Shown in pieces: positions 52,505 through 64,000 of a stretch of DNA of 64,000 bases. The stretch is from assembly GCA_964016885.1 (NCBI GenBank), contig OZ024741.1:204414001-204478000 (forward strand), written 5' to 3'. Source of the DNA: Eledone cirrhosa (taxonomy: Eukaryota). The position numbers and the translations under genes are program-made. The notes under the pieces were generated by a model, which made no database searches, had not been told where the DNA came from, and was given only the letters and a program-made list of their open reading frames with translations. Position 1 is the first letter of the stretch; each line of letters starts with the position of its first letter.

Positions 52505-52752
52505 CCAACTTCAATTGATATTTGTGTGTATATATATGTGTATATGTATATGTATGCATGTGTATATGTATGCATGTGTATATGTATGTATATATGTATG
52601 TATATATGTATGTATATATGTATGTGTATGTGTATATGTATGTGTATGTGTATATGTATGTGTATGTGTATATGTATGTGTATATGTATGTGTATATGTA
52701 TGTGTATATGTGTATATGTATGTGTATATGTATGTGTATATGTATGTGTATA

Positions 52753-52785
<33 letters not shown>

Positions 52786-53298
52786 ATGTGTATATGTATG
52801 TGTATATGTATGTGTATATGTATGTGTATATGTATGTGTATATGTATGTATATATATATGTGTATATGTATGTATATATATGTGTATATGTATGTATATA
52901 TATGTGTATATGTATGTATATATATATGTGTATATGTATGTATATATATATGTGTATATGTATGTATATATATATGTGTATATGTATGTATATATATATG
53001 TGTATATGTATGTATATATATATGTGTATATGTATATATATATATGTGTATATGTATGTATATATATGTGTATATGTATGTATATATATGTGTATATGTA
53101 TGTATATATATATGTGTATATGTATGTATATATATATGTGTATATGTATGTATATATATATGTGTATATGTATGTATATATATATGTGTATATGTATGTG
53201 TATGTGTATATGTATGTATGTATGTGTATGTGTATATGTATGTATGTATATGTATGTGTATATGTATGTATGTATATATATGTGTATATGTATGTATA
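52505..53298. repeat. (TATG/TGTATA)n compound microsatellite; a smaller one lies at 51858-52030
   Basis: Direct sequence. Confidence 0.95.
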
Positions 53299-56200
53299 TT
53301 TATACAATCTTTATCTCTTATAATGTAATATGATATTATGAAGTTTCATTGTGTTATGTATAACATAAGCACTGAAATTTTTTTTTTACGTGTGTGTTTG
53401 TTTTTTTAACTTATCTTTTAACAGACCTGCAAGATTCAATAACTTATATACTCTGTTAATATGATATTCACCACTTAATTTCCCTGTAGTTGCCATTTCT
53501 TATCTCAACCTTTTCATTCCAATAATTTATTCTTACACATAAAAAATGAATAAATGAAAAATAAAGAAAAAGAACTTGGAATGTCTATTTCAGTTATTGA
53601 GATAATAATAGCCAAATAGTTTAAATTTGAATCTTCAAAAGATTTTTTCCTCATTTCTTATTTACTGTCCAAGATGTGTTATTTACAAATTATCATTTCT
53701 TTTTCACAGCTAATTAACAGCTGTATGATATCAGAATTTTAGTAAATTCTTTTAATTGAATATAGATCCTAATTAGCTTAGCATATCCTCAGATTCATTT
53801 AAAATGGAAATCACATTGTTTCATCTTGGATGTATGCCACCTTTTTACTAAGTTATATTTTTTTTCCTAATGGCAAATAATGTTATCAAGATTTGGCAAA
53901 TTACCCCTTCCACTATTAATAGACTTGTTGCTTCACCTCTGCAATTATATCTGTCTGTCTCCCACCTCTCTCTCTCAGTATATTATTTATATATATATAT
54001 ATATATATAATACCTTAATTCTGTCTTTTAGTTTGTCATAAATCCAATTTTGACTTTGTCAGTTTCATGAGTTACAAGAATGTGCTTTATCACAAAGGAT
54101 TTTAATGTGTATCATCTTTCTATTGACGTTTTTCCTTCCTCATTCCAGGGTAAGATATTAATTTAATATCTTTAGTATCTCTGAAAGGCAGTTGATTTAA
54201 CAGAAGCTGTTAGGGCATCAGGTATTTGATCTGTGTTTCTTTTGGGGTGGATAATGAACAAGCCCAGTGTTAGTGCAGCACTCTTTCCTTTCTGCTGTCA
54301 CATCCTGGTTGTTCTGCTTGATCAAAGGAGTGAAGGTCAAGAGGATGTCTGTGTTTCTTTACAACTACATGGGCACTTGAAACCTTTAGTCAAACCATGG
54401 TATATACTACCAAGTCATACTCAATTGTGAGTGATGGTTGCAAAGTATCTCTGAAATGTTAGTAAAACATCATTTCTTTTTATATATTTTAAACAAATCT
54501 AAAAGCTGGTAGTGTTGGTGCCACAATAAAAAGCACCCTGTCCTGTAATTTATAGCGCTGGCACCATGATAAAATGCTCCTGGTGCACACTGTAAAGTCA
54601 TTGGCATTAGGAGGAGCATTCAGCTGTAGAAACCCTACCAAAAATAATGGATAAGCAAGACACAGCTGCAGAATGTAACAGCCCATCTAACCCATGCAAG
54701 CATGGACAATAAACATTAATATATGATGATAATAATTTGTTTGTGTGTTTAACCATATTATAAATTAGTAGATATTTTGTGATTGATCATGATGGATGGT
54801 GTGCTAGGCTCAGGAATGTCCGAGCAAGCTCGACCAGATGAACAGATATTTTATTTTTCAAAATAAGTCTTAATTTCATTATTTTGTTTAGGTACTATGA
54901 AATTATTATTTTCCCCAATGTAACATTACCTGATGTTACTGTGATGGAGGTTTACACCTGCAGTACCTGTCATATTCTAATAATTTATAATATACGATTC
55001 CCGTTTTCTTTCTTTTATGCAAATAATTCAAGTTTTTTATTTTTCGTATATTTCTTTCAACATATCAAGCCACCAAAGAACTCATAATAGTCTACTAGAA
55101 ACAACAGTCAAATTCCCTCAATCATATTCTACCATTTTTAAAATGGAAGAAGGCATTGGACAATATCTTAGATTTATAAAAAAGACAGAATTGTTGTGGT
55201 TTTTCCTGCCGGTTGATCTGGGAGTAAACAGAAACTTCAGTAAATTTATTAACATTTGTTTTCACTTTTAAAATTATTAGTTGAAATAAGATAATTCTAT
55301 AGATTTGAAATTGAGCTTATGAGTAGAAAAGTTGGGAATGCACTTTATCCAAAAGTCAAGCATTTTTACATTTATCCTTTCGAGACTTAAGTTATCCTTA
55401 TCACATCTCTTTGTGTCTTTCAACTTTCAATCTATATTTAGATTACTATAACTGATGATTCCTTTTGCTTTTCCTTCTAGTCTATTTTTAGTCTTCTAAA
55501 GCTGATGGTCTCTCCCACACTTTCTTTGACTATTATTGCTGATCTCTCTCTCTCTACTGCTGCTAATCTCTCTAATTTATATTTATGCTAATTAATGATT
55601 TTACATCTACTTGCTGACTCTCTCATCACTACTTCAGCAAGTACAGTTAAGTATATGCTTCACTGAGAAAGTTTAATGAGACAGAAAAATGTCCAGTCGT
55701 TTTCCAAATTTGCCAGAATTATACAAGTATTAATCATTTGAGCTTTCCATTCCACATAATTGTTTTGGATTTTTGATGGTCACTACATTGAGTATGAAAT
55801 GAATATAAAATAATATAAAATGAATATAAAAACTTTGTTTTTATATTCATTTTATATTACAATTTGTAAATAACATTGCCATTGACTACAGACTTCGAAT
55901 GAACCAATCACTGGTTTGCTGCATTTCAGGTGGCAAGAACTGTCTAACTTGATGCAGAACAAATTTGTCCAGGGATTTTGTTCCTAAAACACCAATTTTC
56001 AATGTTTGCCAATGTTTGCATTTTTTGTCAATACATAAATTAGCAAAATATACAAACATTCACAACTGTATATTTACATATATACATACATATGGTTTCA
56101 ACATTCTCGAAGAATATAGGAATCACTGTTCTTAGCTGATTGTAAAATAAGGAAAAATGTCTAACCAGTCCAGTAGCATCTTTAACAATTATGTTGACTT

Positions 56201-57009
56201 TATCCAGTATCTAATGAGATACCCACAAAAGAATGTAGATATATCCTATAATGGCATTCATAACAGAGAACATATAACCAGGTAATATAACACCTGGATG
56301 AAAAAAACATATCAGAAATTTGTCTGGACAATCTCCATTTTCTGGTCCGACACAGAAAACAATAGGATTTGATTATAGCATCTACTTTTCACAGTGAGGT
56401 ATAAAAAAAAATGTGTTTACTATAACCACAGACCAGTAAATCTACTTTACATGTCTATTTATCAAAAAAGAAAAAATGCTGAGCAGTGTTTCTATCAATT
56501 AATATATAGTTTATGTGTTGTCTAACTCTGCCAGAGTAAAGGTGAGCAAGATTACTTACTCAATAACAACTAAGTAATTAAAGCCTTGTTGGTGAAACAT
56601 TTTTACAACACCCAACTCCTGTAATTATTGCCCTCTATTAATGTAGTTGTTCTCTTTACTTGCCCATTATCCATTTAGCAGAAATTTAAAGTTCAAGTTC
56701 TGCAAACTCTATTTGTTCTGTTTCGCACTTGAAACTAGATAACAATCCAACTTTATCTAGAGTCCAGAGCATGTAGTATAAAGTCGATAGCTTTGTACCT
56801 TTTGTTGTTTATAAAAACTAAACAAAGTGAGCTCGTTTAACACTTTTGAAACCAATTTATCTGAGACTGCCTTGTTTGTTTTTTTTGTTACAAAAACTCT
56901 TGTTGACTAGACAATATTTAAACTCAAAACATAGATAGAATAAATATCAGAAAGCATTTTGTTCAATGTTCTAGCAATTCTGCTGATTCACTGCTTTACA
57001 ATTGTTGAA

Positions 57010-57517
57010 AAGTAATTCTTTCTAACATAGACACAAGGCCAGAAACTTTGGGGAAGAGGCAACATATTGTTAAATACTTGACTGGTATTTATTATCTCAA
57101 ACGTGGAAGGATGAAAGGCAGAGTTGACCTTGGTGGGATTTGAACTCAGAATGTAAGCATTTTGTCTGACAGTTTAGAGATTCTACCAATTCATGCCCAA
57201 CAATTGTTAAATAATAATTGTTTCTACTTTAGGCACAAGGCCAGCAATTACCCAGTACATTACTGGTACTTTATTTTATCAACCTCGTAAGGATGAAAGG
57301 CAAAGTTAACCTTGGCGGGATTTGAACTCAGATCGTAAAGGGACGTAACTATGCTGGAAAGCATGTCCAACCCTCTACCAATTCTGCCAATCCACCGCCC
57401 TTGCTAACAATTGTTAAATAATAATTGTTTCTACTTTTGGCACAAGGCCAGCAATTTCCCAGTGTATTACTGGTACTTTATTTTATCAACCCTGTAAGGA
57501 TGAAAGGCAAAGTTAAC
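57010..57517 (-). mobile_element. Head-to-tail cluster of three SINE family A copies of different ages
   Basis: Diverged copy 57010-57197, full copy 57213-57400 and truncated copy 57420-57517. AACAATTGTTAAATAATAATTG is duplicated at the junctions. Confidence 0.8.
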
Positions 57518-58949
57518 CGGCATTGGTACAATCTTCATCTCAAGGTGTCAAAAGTCCCTCCATGGGCCCAATTTTACACACAGTGCATTTCTTATCCCAG
57601 TCATGTTACTACAATAAGTTAACTTTCTAGTCACAAGTTCCTAGGTCTACCCTAGTGGACTAGTTATTCCTCCAAAGTTACTCATACATAGCATCTTGTA
57701 TGTCATTTGTACATATATGCTAAACATTTATGTAACTATGCTCTAAAAATGAATTATTAAAATATGATTCTTATCTTTAATTACTTCCATGGATCAGTAA
57801 TCGACACAAACTATAGTGTTTCTCTTATGCAAACCTTTAATTCATCAAAACATGAATTTCCCTGATCATATATCTGCAAATTCTGTTATATATTACCTGG
57901 ACACCAAAAATTAAATATGTTCAATGCTATTACCATCATTATTGATGGCATAAGTACACTTATACAATATAACATTATCCACATCTGGTGTGTGTGTGAT
58001 ATAACATTTGCCAACTTCACACCTTGGTTTATCAACAGACATTTCCAGTAATTCATCAATATAAATTATCTGGTTTATTGATTTTTTTTCTTTCCCCTTC
58101 ACTCTTTTTGTCTCAAATGTGTGTGTATGTATGTGTCTGTCTGCTTGCCTGTCTGTCAGCACACTTGTTTGTGTTTGCAGTCTGCTATTTTTGTGAACAT
58201 TTTTCTTCTTTTTATTTTTATAAAAATAAATATTTTATTTGAATAAAATGCATACAAATAAACATAATATATATAAAAAATTTAAGTAAAAAAAAATAGA
58301 GGACAAAAGTAAGACATACAATATTTACACAACAAAGGGCACTGGAGTTTCCCTCTAATAGTTTTTGAGGCAAGCCAACATTGCTATGGGTTTCCAATAG
58401 AAAAATCATTATTGTCCTTTTCCTAACATCAGTTTATATTCATTTTCTGATGCTAACATTAGATGAATGTATTGTAACAATCTTCCATGTATTTTCAGCC
58501 TGAATTATTTATTCTCTGATATTGTGTGCTCATGTCTGGTTTTACAATACAAAACTGTTTATTTTAAAGTGCATGTATTTATCTAAAAACCTTCCATCAT
58601 AATTATCTGTAAGAAAATTATATTACTAAGTTCCTTCAAATTCTTGATTATTTTCAAAATTATTTGAAAATGATATACTGTGTATATGGATGGATCTTAT
58701 CTAAATTGATTGTACAGATCTAGAAATTGTGGAGAGCTTATGGTATTGCTATTTATCTATCCCTACACAATATCTTATCTAGATATGATCTGGATAACCT
58801 GATGCAGTTTGACCAGGTCCACACTTGCTCATTTGAGAAATCCAGTCATTATCTGTCAGATACATGGAAAGTATGTCCTTCATGCTGCTGACCACATCCA
58901 GCACCACCGACTTAATTTTTGGATCTAGGAAGATGATCTGGTGTTTCAA

Positions 58950-59305
58950 TTTAGTACCATTTATCCGAACACAAATACTTGGACATTTGTATAGAGACAT
59001 CAGGACAACAAGAAGCTGACCATCGATCCCATACTCCTGCAAAACCTTCCACAGCAGGTCCTGTGTAATGCAGTCATATATCCTTTTCAAAGTTTACAAA
59101 ACAAGAATACACCCCTTGCCAGTACTCCCACAATTTTTCAAAGACCTGCCTAGATGGCTATGCTGTGTCTGGAGTGAAAACCATGCTGTTCATCAGCTAG
59201 CTTGGACTCAGTCTTCCTACATCTCTTTGCCAATATTTGTGTTCAGATGAAATTCTAAATCGAAACCATTCAATGTGGAAGTTGGACTCCGCCAAGGGTG
59301 CATAA
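58950..59305. mobile_element. Old LINE RT fragment in two oppositely oriented pieces
   Basis: Minus strand: YDCITQDLLWKVLQEYGIDGQLL..SLY..CVRINGTK. Plus strand (59236-59305): SKSKPFNVEVGLRQGCI. Confidence 0.7.
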
Positions 59306-62009
59306 TTGACATGTGCAACCGAGCTGGAAGTGGTATTACGACTGGTGGGTGTAGAATCAGTTAACTGGAATCTGCAGACGACATGGTATTACTTAACTCA
59401 ACAGAAAAAGCACCTAGTCCACCCTGTTAGATGGTTGATTTTGTGCCACAATAAAAAGCTCCCAGTCCACACGAACATGGTTGACATTAAGAAGGGCATC
59501 CAACTGTCGAAACCAAACCAAAATACATATCCATATGAGCATGATATGGTTACCTGACCTGAATTGTCCCATAATGTGACAACCCATTTAACCAATGCAA
59601 ATGTGGAAAAAATAGATGTTAAACGGTGATGATAATCTTGATGGCTATCTTGCTCTGTTTCTCTTTGGATCACATGAATAACTATTATTACCTAAGAATA
59701 AAGCAGTAGATTAGCAGTCATTAGAGTGTTGTGCAAATGTGTAGTGGTATTTGTTCCAGCTTTTTATTTTCTGTGTTCAGATCCCAACTTTGTCTTTCAT
59801 CCTTCTGGAGTTGATATAGTAAAGTACTACTCAAGTACTGGGGTTGAGATAATCAATTTTTTTCCTTCCTTCAAAATTGCTGGCTTTGTTACCCAAGAAT
59901 GAGGAAGGTATGTTAGTGGATGAGCATGGAGTCTTTGAAGAAGTCAGTCAGGCAAATAATAACCTTTGACCAAAGGTGTTGCAGTTATGACCATCCTGGG
60001 GTTTTTTCAGATGTGATGTATCTAGGCTTACATTATTCAATATGTTCTTTTTTTAAGGCAGTAGAGTGTATTTTGAGAGATATTTTGCACAACTGCTTAG
60101 TTTTTTTTCTTCTTTTCAATGCTATATTGTTCTAGCAGATGTATTAATCATATGTTAACTGGTAATATTTTGTGGAGCAAGCAATTAGTTGGTTGAGGTG
60201 ACCAAAATCTTTTGATTGTATCATTTTCATATTCTCATAGAATTCTTTTTTACTTATAAATCATAACTGCAATTAAAGGATGGCCTAGAGGTAATAATTT
60301 ATTTAACCCAGGACATGTAAATCCAAAGCTCAGTCTCCAATAATACTACAGTGGTAATATAATAATGATTTCATTTATTTGTCACAAAGGCATTAACATG
60401 AAGGATTTTTACATAGAAATGAATCAAGAAAAAATGGGTAACAAGTATACTCAGTATACAAATTAGGTACACATAGTATACAATTAAATAAAGTATTCAG
60501 TCCTCCTGATGCAGAGAGAATTGAATATCTAAGGCTAATTAAGGAACCGCACAAATTCACAATTACTCTGCATACTGAGCAAATTTACGACCATAAAATT
60601 GCTTGGTATGCAAATGAGGCTAATAAGCCAATGTATACATTTGAGAATATTATGTATTCTCAGCAGTTCCAGTAAGTAGCAGTGACAAGAATACATAATC
60701 TTGATAAGAAGCAAACACTCCCAAACAATTGTCGGTTGTTTTCTCTCAGCTACTGCTGGAAGAAAAGGATGACGTTGTCATCTAACATGTGGTGTTTATG
60801 AGGCTGATATTATGATATTGTTATATTATTATTATTATTCATTCATGAATACATGTAGGTGTTCACAATGCTAAGAGTGAAACAAATTTTGTTTTTTTAA
60901 TAAATGTATAATTAGACTAAAAGATCTTTCTCGCAGCAACCTCTAAAGAATCTATAAGGTTCAAGAGTATAAAGTTAACTTAAGTTATCCTCACATTTCT
61001 AGGGTGGGAAGTTTGTAAAAGTAGTCTCTCTCTTCTGAAAGAAAATACCTTTCTTCATATGTTCACTTCCACTCCCCACACACACTCACTCACACCTTCT
61101 ATAACCTGAATACCATTAATATCTACAGTATTGTTTCTTTTCACACTCCAGTATTCAACATAACTGGAAGTTATCTAGGTAGTACAATACCTCTGTTACA
61201 TATTGAAGTTATAGTCAATTGAAGTATATAGTCATTTATTTCTTAATGTCCAGCATGAAACCACATTATTAAAAAGTATAAAACAGTACCATGATTGCAT
61301 TGCATTAAAAATTAAAGTCCTTACTTTAATACTGCAAATTTTCACAATGATCTCTCCACTAGTAAAAATATATACTATAAACATTTGAACTAACAAATTG
61401 GTTTTTATATTTTGTACTAAATCATTACAAGATAAGAGCATTCACCTTCTTTTAAAAACACAGAAGCATGGCAGTAGCTAATATTTCTTAAAACTACACA
61501 CATATGTAACACATTAAATATTTTAAGCACTATCATCTCAATTTGTTGTATATGCTCTGTGTTATATAGCTCACCTTTTCTTTTGACCTTAAATAACACT
61601 TTTCTATATTTCTATCTACAATGAATCACTAGAGTTGATTTAGCTACGTTCCTGTCAGCCATCCATACAAATCTGGCCAAGTATTTCAGCCACCACAACA
61701 CATCTATTTTGTTATCCTCATTTTTTCCCTACCATGCTGACTCTGTCTCTGACTATTTTTCCATCTAAGGCTACAGGCCTTGACTGGCTATTATTAATAT
61801 TATTGTTGCTGTATTCTATCGGCTACTTTGCCATGCTGTATTCTATCCTCTCTCTACCTCACAATTTCCCTCCCACCCACGCCCTCACTCCAACACACCC
61901 TGCCATTATTACCACCACCACTGTTCTAGCCCTGAATTTTTCCTACCGGTATGGATGGATGAGCTGAGAATAAATTGGAGCAACTGTTAATTAATAGATG
62001 AAATGAATA

Positions 62010-64000
62010 TGAATCCGCAAGCTACCAAGCACCCATGTGAAGCCCCAATCCATAGGGAGGAAGCACACACACACACCCCTGCAAAATTCGACCCTTCCCT
62101 ACGAGTGTCGACAAATGTCCAAAACTCCGAGTTGGTACCATCAATGTAAGCACGATGAAAGGAAGAGCAGGAGAAATCGTAGAGATGCTAGAGCGAAAGT
62201 AAATTGATGTATGCTGTGTGCAAGAGACTAGATGGAGAGGAGAGTCTGCTAGAGTCCTTGTAGGAAAAAGTCGGTGCTACAAATTTTTCTGGGTGGGAAA
62301 TGACGATGGGATGGGTGGTGTAGGTATACTACTAGCTGACAAGTGGGTAGATAAAGTAATCTCAGTGTACAGGGTAAATGCAAGAATCATTAAACTCAGA
62401 CTAGTCCTGAATAAAACAATTACCACAATAATATCAGCTTACGCACCCCAATCGGGGTTGCCAGACGAACTTAAGGATAGATTTTACGAGTCCCTAATGC
62501 ACACTACTGCTCTAACAAACGACAATGACTTCCTAATCATCGCAAGAGATTTTAACGGACATGTAGGTAAACACTGTGACGGCTTCAATAGAGTCCATGG
62601 AGGCCACGGGGTTGGCACAAGAAATGAAGAAGGATTGAGACTTCTTGAATTCTGCGACGCCAATGACATGTCGATATGTAACACAAACTTCAAAAAACCC
62701 GACAACCACCTGATCACCTATAGATCAGGGGAGCATTCTAGTCAGATAGATTTTATCCTCATCAGAGGACGTGACAGAAGGACGGTCGTAAACACAAAAG
62801 CCTTCCCTAGTGAGGAATGTACCTCCCAACATAGCTTAGTTGTCAGCGACCTCACAGTCAGAACTAGACGAACCTGAAAACAGAGGCCAACCTGGAGAAG
62901 AGAGATCTGGAAGCTGAAAGACCCCTCGGTCAGTAACAGATTTAAAGATATTTTACTCAACGCCTACGACAGTAAAGAAGAACAGATAGAGATATTCAAT
63001 GTAGAAGCGCACTGGGAGTTCCTAAAAAATAACTTACTAGAGGCGACGGATGAGGTCTGTGGCTGGAGTAAGACCACAAGCAGGAGGTGAGTGACTTGGT
63101 GGTGGAACAATAAGGTAGATGAGGCAGTTAAGGCCAAGAGACAGGCATGGAAAGAATGGAAGAACGGGGGTAGCAGGGTACATTACATAGAGACCAAGAG
63201 GGAAGCTAGGCGACAAGTATACTTAGCTAGGAGGGAAGCAGAGGATAGAAAATTCAAGCATGTTTTGCAACGTGAGGACCAGAAACAGGAGGTGTTCAAG
63301 ATTGCGAGGCAGTGTGTCAGAGAGAATTGTGTTGTCATTGGAGAGAAGTGTATCCGGAATGATAAAGGTGAGCTTGCCCTCACAAGTGCTGAGAAGAAAG
63401 ATGCATGGAAGAGTCATTATGATAGATTACTAAATGAGGAGAATGCATGGGTAGAAGAGACCCTATCCCAAGTAGACCCTATAGAGGGGCCAGCAGTACA
63501 AGTCAGCAGCAGCGTAGTAAGTAAGGCAATCAAAGATATGAAGATGGGGAAGACAACCAGTCCATCGGGTATAGCTGCCGAGATGCTGAAGGCATCTGGG
63601 TCTGTAGGTCACTCTATAACCACACGTATTGTTAACCAGGTAATACTAGAAGGTGTCATAACAAAAGATTGGTGCAGTAGCATCATTGTCAACTGCTACA
63701 AAGGTAAAGGTGATGCATCGATAGAGGAAACTATAGAGGTATAAAGCTGATGGACCAGGTCATGAAAGTAACAGAAAGAGTTATAGCACAGTTGATTAGG
63801 GACTGGGTGAAACTAGATGAGATGCAATTTGGGTTTGTACCAGGAAGAGGCACCACTGATGCCCTCTTCCTTGTGAGGCAGTTACAAGAAAAGTACCTAG
63901 CTAAAAGTAAGCCACTCTACCTGGCATTCGTCGATCTCGAGAAAGCCTTTGACAGAGTTCCACGTGCTGTAATCTGGTGGGCTCTTAGAAAACTAGGAGT
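62010..64000 (+). mobile_element. RTE LINE 5' part (AP endonuclease, linker, RT start), inactivated; runs off the window
   Basis: LRVGTINVSTM, CCVQETRW, GVGIL, IISAYAPQ, DFNGHVG, ICNTNF, SQIDFIL, TSQHSLVV, WWWN, NYRGIKLM and LAFVDLEKAFDRV. Stops near 62200, 62875 and 63088, and a frameshift near 63720. Confidence 0.95.

Noticed and set aside
62010-64000. Intact, active RTE element
   Set aside because: At least three in-frame stops and one frameshift occur within the visible part.

Overview
AT-rich, repeat-dense eukaryotic (animal) genomic DNA. The SINE, RTE and microsatellite landscape suggests an octopod cephalopod (inference). The only host gene confidently recognised is the first coding exon of a VPS13A/C-type lipid-transfer gene (30192-30291, +; [33 protein letters not shown]|gtaagt). 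No exon 2 was found, so the rest of the window is probably intron 1 (>33 kb). Most other sequence is decayed mobile DNA: RTE LINE remnants with a PHD finger inside the RT region, CR1/Jockey-type LINE ends, three Helitron remnants ending in hairpin-CTAG, tRNA-derived SINEs, piggyBac/hAT/Mutator-like MITEs and long microsatellites, plus one 200-N gap. The most notable structures are: a reconstructable Penelope-like element (GIY-YIG ORF, inverted pseudo-LTR) carrying type I hammerhead motifs with a ~107-nt stem II; a separate minimal hammerhead; several near-perfect fold-back palindromes, one built from a tRNA-like unit inside the VPS13 intron; a 500-bp composite block duplicated in inverted orientation ~9 kb away; and a 2.6-kb insert flanked by a 55-bp duplication inside a SINE. 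All calls were made by eye, without database searches.
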